This document shows, piece by piece, positions 45,531 to 55,591 of a DNA stretch of 64,000 nucleotides. This DNA comes from a virus, in IMG/VR virus record IMGVR_UViG_3300032331_002067, positions 36,002 to 100,001 of that record. One strand, given 5' to 3'. The notes below the pieces were generated by a model, which worked only from the letters and a program-made list of their open reading frames with translations, made no database searches and was not told where the DNA came from. The first letter of the stretch is position 1, and the number at the start of each line of letters is the position of its first letter. A program made the translations under genes and the position numbers.

Positions 45531-45722
45531 ATGATCAAAATTACAGAACAAAACAAGGCAATGCTTGCCTCCTACGCAAGAAGCGTATTGGGAGCCGGTG
45601 TTGCAACATATGTTGCAACAAGTGACATCAAATTGACAGCGAACGCTCTTTGGGCTGCAGCCCTTCCAGTAGTTTTGCGCTACTTGAATCCAAACGATAA
45701 AGCATTCGGGAAGACAAAATAA
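45531..45722 (+). CDS. holin-like membrane protein
   Basis: SYARS...ALPV.LRYLNP.D.AFG; coupled to the endolysin. Confidence 0.65.
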   Translation: MIKITEQNKAMLASYARSVLGAGVATYVATSDIKLTANALWAAALPVVLRYLNPNDKAFGKTK

Positions 45723-46240
45723 TGGCTCGTAAATATACTGGCAATACAGATGGCAATTCCGGTAAGGCTTTGCCCGGAACACAAAAGCTTCTAGAGCTTT
45801 GTGGAAAGAGATGGGGTTTTACGAATTTGGGGATTTGGGCAAATAGATCCATGAAAAATCCTAAAGCTATTCCCGGAGATCCAAAGTGGTTGTCTGTCCA
45901 TGCAACAGGTCGTGCAATCGATATGGGCTATACAGATCGTAAGAAAGCAGTTGAAGCATGGGACTGGTTCCTTGCTCATAGTGCAGCCCTCGGTATTGAG
46001 GAACTTCACGATTATGCATTTGATGCAAATGTAAAAGACAAGGTTCTTGGTTGGGGTCGCGGTTATCGTTGCTCTCGTGGTGAAGGTTCAGATCCAAAGT
46101 CGGTCAAGGTTTATGATTCAAATGAGAATGCTGGCTCACAAGGCGGAAAGTGGTTGCATGTAGAACTTTCTCCAGAAATGGCAAAAGATGCTGCAAAGTT
46201 TGAAGCAGCATGGAGAGCATTACCAAAGCCGGGTGCATGA
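45722..46240 (+). CDS. endolysin, M15/LAS-type Zn peptidase
   Basis: R...SVHATGRAID...WLHVE. Confidence 0.75.
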   Translation: MARKYTGNTDGNSGKALPGTQKLLELCGKRWGFTNLGIWANRSMKNPKAIPGDPKWLSVHATGRAIDMGYTDRKKAVEAWDWFLAHSAALGIEELHDYAFDANVKDKVLGWGRGYRCSRGEGSDPKSVKVYDSNENAGSQGGKWLHVELSPEMAKDAAKFEAAWRALPKPGA

Positions 46241-46335
46241 TGGATGAATTAGAAAAGTCAAGATCAAAAAGTTGCACCTGCGGTTGCGAATGCACTGATC
46301 AATGCACATGTGGCTGTGAAGACTGCGTTTGTTGA
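46237..46335 (+). CDS. metallothionein-like microprotein (32 aa, 9 Cys)
   Basis: MMDELEKSRSKSCTCGCECTDQCTCGCEDCVC; ATGA overlap with the endolysin stop. Confidence 0.55.
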   Translation: MMDELEKSRSKSCTCGCECTDQCTCGCEDCVC

Positions 46336-46369
46336 TAACAAGCGTAATATCGTCTAAAATTTAAGTATT

Positions 46370-46708
46370 ATGGCTGGCGCAAGAGATATCGTTTTATATG
46401 CTGGTGATACATATGTTCATGAGCTTCGTTTAAGAAATAGTGCAAACGCTGTTATTAATATCAGCTCACATAGCTACTCTGGTCAAATCAAACTGGGTCG
46501 TACTGCAACGGACAATATTGTTTCGTTTACTTCTCAAATAACTGATGGAGCAAATGGGGTTGTTCAGTTCTCACTGGCTGCTAATGTAACATCTACAATA
46601 ACCTCTGGAACTTATTACTATGACATCCAACAAACAAACGGTACAGTTGTAACCACCTTGCTCGCTGGTAAGGCGATTGTGCAAGGGGATGTTACTCGTG
46701 CCAGCTGA
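46370..46708 (+). CDS. Ig-like tail/baseplate-associated protein
   Basis: GDT...GTYYYDIQ...LL.G...V..DVTR. Confidence 0.7.
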   Translation: MAGARDIVLYAGDTYVHELRLRNSANAVINISSHSYSGQIKLGRTATDNIVSFTSQITDGANGVVQFSLAANVTSTITSGTYYYDIQQTNGTVVTTLLAGKAIVQGDVTRAS

Positions 46709-46973
46709 AATAACCACAGTACAGATTAATCAATCTGATATTACTCAATTAAGTATTAGTAATACAGATATAACAACTGTTAATGTGCAAAATAGTGATA
46801 TCACTGTATTACAAAATGTTTCTGCTACAATTAATGCAGCGTCATTGAGTCTTTCCAGCGATATTCCACAAAATATAGCAAGAACTGGGTCAGCTGGCAC
46901 CAGTTCTGCAGTGAGTAGAGCGGATCATATTCACTCAATAGCAAATACATTACTAGATGGAGGTAATTACTAA
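46698..46973 (+). CDS. tail fibre-associated protein
   Basis: 7-aa beta repeats; SRADHIH motif; LDGGNY end. Confidence 0.65.
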   Translation: MPAEITTVQINQSDITQLSISNTDITTVNVQNSDITVLQNVSATINAASLSLSSDIPQNIARTGSAGTSSAVSRADHIHSIANTLLDGGNY

Positions 46974-46974
46974 A

Positions 46975-48063
46975 ATGGCTAATACAATTAGAATTAAAAG
47001 AAGGGCTTCTGGAGGAGCAGCTGGTGCGCCAGCCTCTCTGGAAAATGCAGAACTTGCATATAACGAAGTAGACGATGTTCTTTACTACGGTAAAGGAACA
47101 GGTGGAGCAGGTGGAACTGCTACAAGTGTTGAGGCAGTTGCTGGTGCAGGAGCTTATCTCACACTTTCCGGGGTCCAGACGGTAACTGGCAACAAGACAT
47201 TCAGTGGTCTTGTTATTGTCCCAACACCAACGGCAAACACGCATGCTACAACCAAGGCTTATGTTGACAGCGCTATTGCTGGCGTTACCTTGGGCAATAC
47301 AGCAGTAACGGCTGGTTCTTATGGTGGTGCAGGAACAGTAGGTACCTTCACTGTTCAAGCAGATGGTCGTTTGACTGCTGCTGGCAATACATCCATTTCA
47401 ATTACCGCTTCTCAAGTTAGCGATAGAGCAACAAATCTTGTCACTGGTCTTACGGGTACTGCGAATCAAATCGCTGTTTCTAACTCAGGTGTTGGAGCGG
47501 TAACAATTAGCCTTCCAGCTAATGTGACAATTAGCAATGATCTCGTTGTAACTGGAGACTTCACTGTTCAGGGAAATACAACAACTCTTAATACATCAAC
47601 CCTCGTTGTTGAAGACAAAAACATTGTTCTTGCCAATGTCGCAAGCCCAACTGACACAACAGCAGATGGTGCTGGTATCACACTCAAGGGCGCAACAGAC
47701 AAGACTCTTAACTGGGTTGATGCAACAGACGCATGGACATCTTCAGAACACCTAAACCTTCTTACCACCAAGAGTTTCCAAATTGCCGGAACTTCGGTTC
47801 TTTCAAGTACCACTCTCGGTTCAGGAGTTACAGGCTCAAGCCTGACATCGGTTGGAACCATTGCGACTGGTGTATGGAATGGTACAGCTATTGGTACAGT
47901 CTATGGCGGTACTGGTCTTACTTCTTACACAACTGGTGACTTGGTTTTTGCTTCTGCAACAAACACACTCTCCAAGCGTGGTGTCGGTACAGAAGGTCAA
48001 TTCCTCAAAGTAGTATCCGGTGTCCCAAACTGGTCTGATACAGTAGATGGCGGAACCTTCTGA
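46975..48063 (+). CDS. tail fibre protein
   Basis: MANTIRIKR...ELAYN...LYYG; TKAYVD; V.GNTTT.N...VEDKNI.L; DGGTF end. Confidence 0.8.
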   Translation: MANTIRIKRRASGGAAGAPASLENAELAYNEVDDVLYYGKGTGGAGGTATSVEAVAGAGAYLTLSGVQTVTGNKTFSGLVIVPTPTANTHATTKAYVDSAIAGVTLGNTAVTAGSYGGAGTVGTFTVQADGRLTAAGNTSISITASQVSDRATNLVTGLTGTANQIAVSNSGVGAVTISLPANVTISNDLVVTGDFTVQGNTTTLNTSTLVVEDKNIVLANVASPTDTTADGAGITLKGATDKTLNWVDATDAWTSSEHLNLLTTKSFQIAGTSVLSSTTLGSGVTGSSLTSVGTIATGVWNGTAIGTVYGGTGLTSYTTGDLVFASATNTLSKRGVGTEGQFLKVVSGVPNWSDTVDGGTF

Positions 48064-48075
48064 TAGGAGGAAGCA

Positions 48076-48366
48076 ATGGCTAACACCATTAAAATTAAAA
48101 ACTCAGGAACAGCCTCGGCAGTCCCAGCTTCACTTGAATACGGTGAGCTGGGGCTTAACTATGCCGATGGAAAAATTTTTTATAAAAATGGCTCCAACAC
48201 AATTGTGCAGTTTAGCAGTGGAGGCTCTATAGATCTTGATGCCTTAACCGATGTTGTTATCACAACCCCAGCATCAGGACAGATTTTAGAATATAATGGT
48301 AGTTCATGGGTGAATAAGAATACTGTTCGTGACAATATGATCAAATTCTATATGGAGGTTTCGTAG
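48076..48366 (+). CDS. tail fibre-associated protein
   Basis: MANTIKIK...GELGLNYADG; LD.L.DV.I..P..GQ.L.YNG..W.N. Confidence 0.75.
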   Translation: MANTIKIKNSGTASAVPASLEYGELGLNYADGKIFYKNGSNTIVQFSSGGSIDLDALTDVVITTPASGQILEYNGSSWVNKNTVRDNMIKFYMEVS

Positions 48367-48725
48367 TGGCTATTAATCAGAAAAGACTGGCTGGTCCAAC
48401 TCAGCTCTCCACAGCCAATACCGTTCAGTATACAACTCCATTAAGCACAACTTCAATTGTAAAACAAATTGTTATGTGCAATACAACAGCTTCTGCCAAA
48501 ACTGTAACAATCAGACTCAAGCCAGCCGGAGTCGCAGAAGCCAATACTCAAGATTTCATGAGCGCATTCAATATTAATGCAAATGAAACAATTTCTTTTG
48601 GTTGCTCAATCGTTCTTACAAATAACGGCAACACAGCTAACGCTACAAATAGCGATCAGCTTATTGCCTTTACTTCCGCCAACTCTGCGGTAAATGTTAT
48701 GTTTATGGGAATTGAAGAAGCATAA
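48366..48725 (+). CDS. virion structural protein, paralog of 42036
   Basis: IVKQI.MCNT...GIEE. Confidence 0.7.
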   Translation: MAINQKRLAGPTQLSTANTVQYTTPLSTTSIVKQIVMCNTTASAKTVTIRLKPAGVAEANTQDFMSAFNINANETISFGCSIVLTNNGNTANATNSDQLIAFTSANSAVNVMFMGIEEA

Positions 48726-49453
48726 TGGCTGGTCTTGAACGATACCCAGCAGCCAATGCTTTCGCTTCATTCATTGATGCTGCTGACTCTGTTTACGGTA
48801 CTGGCTCTGATGGGTCAGTTACTATTTCTGCAAATACAACTCTGACATCAGATAAATTTTATTATAATCTAAATGTTGATTCAAATGTTGTCTTAAATAC
48901 AGCGGGTTATCGTGTCTTTGTTAAAAACCTTCTTACTCTAAGTTCTAATTCAACAATTGGTGTTGGTACAGCAAATACATATACGATGACAACAGGTTTT
49001 TCCGGTGTTGGTTCAATACGGGGTGGTGGAGGTATTTCTGGTGCTGTTACAAACAGTCTTGGCGGGAATAGTGCAACACAAACTGCAGCTGTCCCATCAG
49101 TAGCACAGGGCGGTACTGGAGATAAAACAACAACAAGTGGTTACTGGTATCAACCCATTCAATCTACTAAGGGTTATGTCATCAATGCAAGTAATACAAC
49201 CCCACTTTTCCTGTATGGAGGAGCTGGTGGATCAGTCGGTGTAGGCGGTGGAGTTGTTATAATTGGGGCAAGATACATTTCGGCTACAAGTGCCAATATA
49301 AAAGCCACTGGAGCCACTGGAGCGAATGGTGGAGGGGGTGGAGTAATCATTCTGGTATCAACATATGCATCAATCCCATCAGGTATCACAACAGATGTGA
49401 CTGGTGGAACAAGCTGTGTTGCGGGTACGGTAATTTACTCCCAATTGGTTTAA
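48725..49453 (+). CDS. Gly-rich tail fibre/receptor-binding protein
   Basis: YGTGSDG.V...Y.NL...GGGGGVII motifs. Confidence 0.75.
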   Translation: MAGLERYPAANAFASFIDAADSVYGTGSDGSVTISANTTLTSDKFYYNLNVDSNVVLNTAGYRVFVKNLLTLSSNSTIGVGTANTYTMTTGFSGVGSIRGGGGISGAVTNSLGGNSATQTAAVPSVAQGGTGDKTTTSGYWYQPIQSTKGYVINASNTTPLFLYGGAGGSVGVGGGVVIIGARYISATSANIKATGATGANGGGGGVIILVSTYASIPSGITTDVTGGTSCVAGTVIYSQLV

Positions 49454-49454
49454 T

Positions 49455-51068
49455 ATGGCTGGCTTAGAAAAATTCGGTTCACCCGCAAAAGTTCAAAGAA
49501 TTGGTAATGACTCTATTTACGGAACGGGGTCAGATGCCAATGTCGTAATTGCCTCGAATACTTCTCTTTCTAGAGATATGTATTATAATAATTTAACAAT
49601 CAATACCGGAATAATGTTAAATACAAATGGTTTCAAAGTATTTGTAAAAGGAACTTTAACTCTTAATGGAAACATTGGTGTTGGCTCCGGAGATACTGCA
49701 AACTCAAACACTATCTCTGGACAAACACCTGCACTAACATCAACAACAGTCTCATTGGGTGGTAATGCTTTTGGTAACACTTACACAGCTTCTACGATGT
49801 CTACAAATCTTTTAAAAGATATATCTACTGCAATTCTTGGTTATTACATTGATACTAACTCTAATACAAAAGTAATCACCGGTGGTGCTGGTGGTGGTCA
49901 TGGTGTTGCTGGTACCGTCACTCCGGGAGCTGCTGGAACAGTAACACCGGCAACAGCTGGATCGGGTGCTGGAGCTGGTGGTGGAGGAACGCTCAGTAGA
50001 AATGCCCTCGCTCCGGGTGGTCCGGGAACTGCTGGAAGCAACGGATCAGCAGGCTCAACTCCTCCTGCAGCAGCAGCAGGCTCCACACCCCCCGCAGCAG
50101 CAGCGGGTGTGGCAGGAGCGGGTGGTCCAGTTGTGATTGTTGTCGCAAAATCTTTTGCTGGGGCTGGCTATATTATTGCTCAAGGCAAAAATGCTACCGC
50201 TGGTGGTGCATCTGCAACAGGAACGGGGGCTGGTCCAGCAGCAACGGGTTCAGGGGCTACAAACGGTGCAGCAGGCACAGCAGCTCCGGGTCAAGCTATT
50301 GCTCATCATTCAGACGGACATTCAGCATACATAACGGGTGATGGTACGCATGGTCACCATACGCCATATGGTGGTCATACACCGAACCTCCCTCATGGTA
50401 GTCATGTTCCTCATACATCTATGGGACTTCATCATGATAGATATGTTTATCATGCAGTCTATGTTGATGGAAGTGGTTGCGGTGATGGTGTACATGGTCA
50501 TGGTGCAGGGCACTATCATGCTAGTCCATACGGTCATTATCATGGGTATAGCCCACATGATGCTGGTGAAACTACATCAAACTATACTGCTATAAACGGC
50601 ATCACTCATACATACCCTCATCGCCCTCATTCGGGAGTTGCTTATTCTGGCAACACTCATCAGCAACATGTTGATTCAAGCCCAGAGCACCATAACTGGC
50701 ACTCAGGGGCAATGCAGTGTGCAGACTATATGGGACATCATTACCATACAGGAAGGCATCATGGAGCAAGAGTTGGTTATGGACATACAAATGCTCACCG
50801 TAATGCAGGTACAGTAAGTCATGTAGGTCACTTGCATGCTGCTGGGGGTGCTGCAGGCTCTGCTGGAACAAATGGGACTAACGGTTCAACTACTGCAGGA
50901 ACCAATGGATCAACAACTGCAGGAACTGCTGGTCAATCAGGCGGTGGTGGTGGTATAATTATCGTAACAGAGACTACCCCAGCAGGAATACAGACAAGTG
51001 TTTCTGGTGGTGTTGTCGGTAGTAATACTGCAAGTTCTGGTACAGTAGTAACTGTACTTAACGCATAG
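49455..51068 (+). CDS. Gly-rich tail fibre protein with a His-rich insertion
   Basis: paralog of 48725; about 38 His within 50304-50837. Confidence 0.75.
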   Translation: MAGLEKFGSPAKVQRIGNDSIYGTGSDANVVIASNTSLSRDMYYNNLTINTGIMLNTNGFKVFVKGTLTLNGNIGVGSGDTANSNTISGQTPALTSTTVSLGGNAFGNTYTASTMSTNLLKDISTAILGYYIDTNSNTKVITGGAGGGHGVAGTVTPGAAGTVTPATAGSGAGAGGGGTLSRNALAPGGPGTAGSNGSAGSTPPAAAAGSTPPAAAAGVAGAGGPVVIVVAKSFAGAGYIIAQGKNATAGGASATGTGAGPAATGSGATNGAAGTAAPGQAIAHHSDGHSAYITGDGTHGHHTPYGGHTPNLPHGSHVPHTSMGLHHDRYVYHAVYVDGSGCGDGVHGHGAGHYHASPYGHYHGYSPHDAGETTSNYTAINGITHTYPHRPHSGVAYSGNTHQQHVDSSPEHHNWHSGAMQCADYMGHHYHTGRHHGARVGYGHTNAHRNAGTVSHVGHLHAAGGAAGSAGTNGTNGSTTAGTNGSTTAGTAGQSGGGGGIIIVTETTPAGIQTSVSGGVVGSNTASSGTVVTVLNA

Positions 51069-51076
51069 GAGATAAA

Positions 51077-51307
51077 ATGGATTTTACTTTAACAAGGGAA
51101 GATAAAATTAGATCACTTGATCAAGTTCTGGTATCAGTTCAGGTCAATTTGTTTAATTGTTTACTTGAAGCTGGCTATGACCCAGAGACTTTTGATGAAA
51201 CATCTTTTGAGATACCAGCAGAGGCTTTCCCTATGTCAATTTTTCATAGAATTCAAGAGCTTCTTGAAAAGCTTTCTAATATTAAGAATATTAAGAATAG
51301 TTTGTAA
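51077..51307 (+). CDS. hypothetical protein (possible fibre chaperone)
   Basis: AGGAG RBS; follows the fibre gene. Confidence 0.6.
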   Translation: MDFTLTREDKIRSLDQVLVSVQVNLFNCLLEAGYDPETFDETSFEIPAEAFPMSIFHRIQELLEKLSNIKNIKNSL

Positions 51308-51706
51308 ATGCGCAGGGTTATTTATTGCCCTTCAGAAGAATTTCTAGAAGAAGCTAGTATTTTAGCTAAAGATAGTCATCTTCCTATCAATATTGGTGGT
51401 TCAGAAGAGCTTGATTTACTTGATTTTGATAAAGAAAAAACACAAATTGTATTGATTCCTGAATTAAACAATATTAGTTATTTAAAAAATATATCTAAAG
51501 GTTTTCATCAAGTAATTATTATAAATAATGATTATACAACTTTTACAAAAAATATGAATATTCATTTTGAAAATAATTGTATTCGACCAAGTATTCTTGA
51601 AAAGCATTATGCAAGATTTTTTTTCCCATGCAATAATGCTGGGGAGTTTGAAGCTATCTTGTCTGATAGTATAGAGTTAGAAAAGGTCGTGTTTAGTGTT
51701 TGTTAA
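51308..51706 (+). CDS. hypothetical protein
   Basis: 132-aa ORF. Confidence 0.55.
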   Translation: MRRVIYCPSEEFLEEASILAKDSHLPINIGGSEELDLLDFDKEKTQIVLIPELNNISYLKNISKGFHQVIIINNDYTTFTKNMNIHFENNCIRPSILEKHYARFFFPCNNAGEFEAILSDSIELEKVVFSVC

Positions 51707-52286
51707 AAAAGAAAAACAACCAGCAATTTGGGTTTATGAAGAAGCTTTTGATTGTGGTGATTTTATTGAAAAAATTGAATCTGAATCAGAAAGAGAGTGG
51801 GGCTATATGTCTTGGTCGTCTTCTGCTACAGGTGGTGGAGACAAAGGACAAATTTCTGAGTATAGAACTTCTTATGAAATGTCTTTAAATGGTCTACTCG
51901 AAAAAGATATTGCAACTGATATTCAAGGTATTTCCAATCAATTTAAAGAAATTTTTGGAGATATTGACAAATGTATATGGGATTATAGAAACTGTTTTGA
52001 TTTAACATTACAAGGGAATGATGGTTTTAATCTGCTTAAGTATGGTCCTAGTGGTGAATATCATAATCATCATGATCATGCACCACAGAATGGTCGTGTT
52101 TTAAGCCTTGTTGCTAATCTTGGAGATGATTGCGAAGGCGGAGAACTAGAGTTCCCTTATTTTGATGTATCATTCAAATTGCAAAAAAACTCAGTAGCTC
52201 TATTTCCTTCTAATTTTCCGTATACACATATTGCGCACCCAGTAGTGAAGGGGCTAAAATATAGCTTAGTGACTTGGTTCCAATGA
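51696..52286 (+). CDS. 2OG-Fe(II) oxygenase (prolyl-4-hydroxylase-like)
   Basis: LLKY...Y..HHD...R.LS...GGEL.F...FPSNFPY.H...PV..G.KYS.VTW. Confidence 0.9.
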   Translation: MFVKKEKQPAIWVYEEAFDCGDFIEKIESESEREWGYMSWSSSATGGGDKGQISEYRTSYEMSLNGLLEKDIATDIQGISNQFKEIFGDIDKCIWDYRNCFDLTLQGNDGFNLLKYGPSGEYHNHHDHAPQNGRVLSLVANLGDDCEGGELEFPYFDVSFKLQKNSVALFPSNFPYTHIAHPVVKGLKYSLVTWFQ

Positions 52287-53386
52287 TTATGAAAAATATA
52301 TCCGAAATTGATACAACAAAATATACATGTTATGCATTTACAAAATGTAAAACAAATGTTCAAGTCTTGTCCATTCATCCGGAAGGTGAATTTGCCTACG
52401 ATGATTGTGAATTATTTTCTTGTGGTGATTATACAGTAATTGCTTTTGAGCACTTAACAACAGCAAGAGTCGATAATGCCTTTAAAATTACTTCGGAAGA
52501 AGGGTTCGATTATATTCAAGCTGACTCGTATGAAAAAAATTATGACTTTATAAATAATAACTATAATAAAGATAATACTGTTTTTTTGTATATGGATTCT
52601 GTATCAATGCCATCCTTTCTTGAGTCAGGAAGACCAATGACAATGCATGATGGTAGATGTGATTTATCGACATATGGTCCTGTTCCTTTTATCGTTACGG
52701 ATAATGGTCTTGGGGAACCTTTGATTAAAGAAGAATATCATCAATTATCAAATACTGTAAAAATGACATTTGGGTTTTTTGGTTCAGTAAGTAATTTTCA
52801 TGTTCTTAGACTTGAATGGAAAGATTATCCAGATAGTGCCTACAAAGATGTTAGCTCAGTTACTGGAATTGCTAGAACATTTATTGGGTTAGTCAAAATG
52901 ATAATTGAGTGGTCAGAGACAACAGAAGACCCTTGGAATAATGATGAAAGAATAGCTACAGCAGCCTACGCCGGTTTGATTGGTATGGGTATCCCACAAG
53001 AAGTTATTGATGAAATTAAAGAATATCAAGTTGATATGCCAATTAAATTGTTTTTACAAAATGACCCTAACTGCCGAGGATCTCTTGACGAAAAATCTGA
53101 ACTGCCTCCTTTATTCAAAAAATGGTTTTTATCGAAAATCCGCTATGAATCACTTAATTCACTAAATTCTAAAAATCCTGAAATTGATATTCCAGACAAT
53201 ATCCTTCAAGACGAAAAAAGAAATATCTATATTCCAATTTACGATTTTTTCTTATCTCAAGGAATAAATGCTGAATCTAACTATCTTAATGAACTTTTGC
53301 ATATGATTGATAGTGGACAGTTCAAAACAGATATAGATGGGCTTATTCTTGCCAAAAATCAAATAAAGAAAGCTTTACATTTTTAA
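52283..53386 (+). CDS. hypothetical protein
   Basis: ~367-aa ORF between the oxygenase and the halogenase. Confidence 0.65.
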   Translation: MIMKNISEIDTTKYTCYAFTKCKTNVQVLSIHPEGEFAYDDCELFSCGDYTVIAFEHLTTARVDNAFKITSEEGFDYIQADSYEKNYDFINNNYNKDNTVFLYMDSVSMPSFLESGRPMTMHDGRCDLSTYGPVPFIVTDNGLGEPLIKEEYHQLSNTVKMTFGFFGSVSNFHVLRLEWKDYPDSAYKDVSSVTGIARTFIGLVKMIIEWSETTEDPWNNDERIATAAYAGLIGMGIPQEVIDEIKEYQVDMPIKLFLQNDPNCRGSLDEKSELPPLFKKWFLSKIRYESLNSLNSKNPEIDIPDNILQDEKRNIYIPIYDFFLSQGINAESNYLNELLHMIDSGQFKTDIDGLILAKNQIKKALHF

Positions 53387-53388
53387 TT

Positions 53389-54852
53389 ATGAATAAAATA
53401 ACAATCGTTGGGAGTGGTACAGCGGGTCTTGTCTCTGCTCTTATTCTTCATCAAGCTTTTCCACTGAAAAATATATCAATTGTTTCATCAAGTAAAATTG
53501 GAATCATTGGTGTTGGCGAGGGCAGTACAGAGCATTGGAAGATGTTTATGGAAATGTGCAATATACCTCTTGCTGAGCTTTTGATTGAAACAAGGGCTAC
53601 TCATAAAAATGGTATTAGGTTTGAGAATTGGACAAATCATACTCCAGACTATTTCCATTCAGTTGGGTTTGCTGATACCGTTCCTCCTTTTAATGTTTAT
53701 GGTCTTTATAACCACTTAATTAAAGATGGCAAGACCCTTACAGAAAATACAGTAAGTCGTTCTATTATTGAAAATAAAGTTAGAACTATTAATCCACATA
53801 CATCCGTTAATCAATATCATTTTGATACAAATGCTTTAAATAAATATTTAACAAAAATTGCTCAATATCGAGGTATTTCTTTTATTGATGCCGAAGTTAT
53901 TGATGTAAATCTGAATGAAGAAAATGGATTGATTAAATCAATTTTGCTTGATACTAATGAAATTGTTGAATCAGATTTTTGGCTAGATGCTACCGGTATT
54001 AAAAGATTTTTAATATCAAAAGTATCAGAGCCAAAATGGAAATCATTTTCTAAGTATTTACAAATGGACTCAGCAATCCCCTTTCCAACACCTAGTGATC
54101 CATCAGGACAGATTAGACCATACACAAGAGCAAGAGCTATGCCTAACGGATGGGTTTGGGAAATCCCTACACAGGATAGAAGGGGTAATGGCTATGTCTA
54201 TTCCTCATCTCATTGTTCTGATGAACAAGCTATTCGTGAAGTGTCTGAGCTTATGGGGTTTGATGTTGAGCCATTTAAAACTATTAAATTTAATCCCGGA
54301 CATTTAGAGGAGATGTGGGTCAAGAATTGCGTAGCTGTTGGTCTTGCATCTGCTTTTGTTGAACCCATTGAGGCGACATCTATTGGCGGAACCATTCAGC
54401 AAATCCGTTGTTTGGTTGAAAATCTTTCTACATACCAGCCAACGCATAATAAGGTGCAAAATGTTTTTAACAAAAAAATGAATGAGATGATGCAAAACAT
54501 TCTTGCATTCATATCATTGCATTATATCTCTGATAGAGAAGATACTTCCATGTGGAAGGAGCAAAAGGAAATGCCAAAACCTGACTATCTCGTAGACCTA
54601 CTTGATCTGTGGAATGAAAGACCTCCATTTCCTTTTGACATATCTTCAAATAATTATGAGATGTTTCAAGTTCCCCACTTCTACCATGTAGTTCAAGGAC
54701 AAAAATTGTTTAATTCGGATATGGCAAGAGTAATGCTCAATTCTTTTAATTTAGAAGAAAAAGCTAAATACGCTGCTTACGATGCTAAACTTAAACAATC
54801 AGATCACGAGAGGATTGACCATGCTGAGTCGCTCAGAGAAATTCAGATATAA
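53389..54852 (+). CDS. flavin-dependent (tryptophan) halogenase-like protein
   Basis: GSGTAG, IGVGEGS, HK.GI.F.NW, GWVWEIP (WxWxIP), GNGYVYS and FVEPIEATSI motifs. Confidence 0.92.
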   Translation: MNKITIVGSGTAGLVSALILHQAFPLKNISIVSSSKIGIIGVGEGSTEHWKMFMEMCNIPLAELLIETRATHKNGIRFENWTNHTPDYFHSVGFADTVPPFNVYGLYNHLIKDGKTLTENTVSRSIIENKVRTINPHTSVNQYHFDTNALNKYLTKIAQYRGISFIDAEVIDVNLNEENGLIKSILLDTNEIVESDFWLDATGIKRFLISKVSEPKWKSFSKYLQMDSAIPFPTPSDPSGQIRPYTRARAMPNGWVWEIPTQDRRGNGYVYSSSHCSDEQAIREVSELMGFDVEPFKTIKFNPGHLEEMWVKNCVAVGLASAFVEPIEATSIGGTIQQIRCLVENLSTYQPTHNKVQNVFNKKMNEMMQNILAFISLHYISDREDTSMWKEQKEMPKPDYLVDLLDLWNERPPFPFDISSNNYEMFQVPHFYHVVQGQKLFNSDMARVMLNSFNLEEKAKYAAYDAKLKQSDHERIDHAESLREIQI

Positions 54853-55591
54853 GATTGCACAATATCGTCAAGATATTCCAACACCAAAACAAAACGAAAT
54901 TGTAATTATTCCACAAGATAATCGTATTATAGATTTTCCTCCCTATGCCGGAAGTTCACAACTTCCTTCGTGGTGGAAGGATTTAAGTAAAGGTCGTGGT
55001 TCAATCCGTAGGTGCCAAGGAACATATGATTATGTGTCTTATGGTGTAGTCATGCCCTTATGGACTAACATTACTATTAGACCAAATATGAATAATACAA
55101 TGTATGATACAAAAGCTGATCATATTGATAATCATATGCAATTCCCTATTGAGGGGTTTAATGCGGAAAGTGCAAATGGATGCCCAATTGAGCATACTAA
55201 ATCCCTTGAGACAGGACAATATATAAAACTGGTTTCTCCTTGGCGTTTCATTACAGCAAAAAATGTTTCTTTGATGACACTCCCAATGCTTCTTGAGCCA
55301 GATCCTCGTTATTCAATCGTTCCCGGAATTGTTCATACGGACTACTATCATCAAATTAATGTTGTTATTATTCCTCATACTAATGAAGAATTTACTATTC
55401 CTGTGGGTACCGCAATTCAACATATGATTCCCATAAGGAGGGATCATAATTTTAAAGAAGTTGTTTGGGGCAATGAATCTATGTATAAGTTTGTCGCTCA
55501 CTCAGGTCTAGGCGATGGTAACTTGGTTTATGGTGATGACCAAAAATCATCTATTTATCGAAAATTACAAAGAAAAGCTGATTTAAGATGA
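54821..55591 (+). CDS. hypothetical protein of the type found beside phage oxygenases/halogenases
   Basis: LP.WWK...IRRC.G..D...G...PLW; PGIVHTD; I..GT.I.H.IP. Confidence 0.65.
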   Translation: MLSRSEKFRYKIAQYRQDIPTPKQNEIVIIPQDNRIIDFPPYAGSSQLPSWWKDLSKGRGSIRRCQGTYDYVSYGVVMPLWTNITIRPNMNNTMYDTKADHIDNHMQFPIEGFNAESANGCPIEHTKSLETGQYIKLVSPWRFITAKNVSLMTLPMLLEPDPRYSIVPGIVHTDYYHQINVVIIPHTNEEFTIPVGTAIQHMIPIRRDHNFKEVVWGNESMYKFVAHSGLGDGNLVYGDDQKSSIYRKLQRKADLR

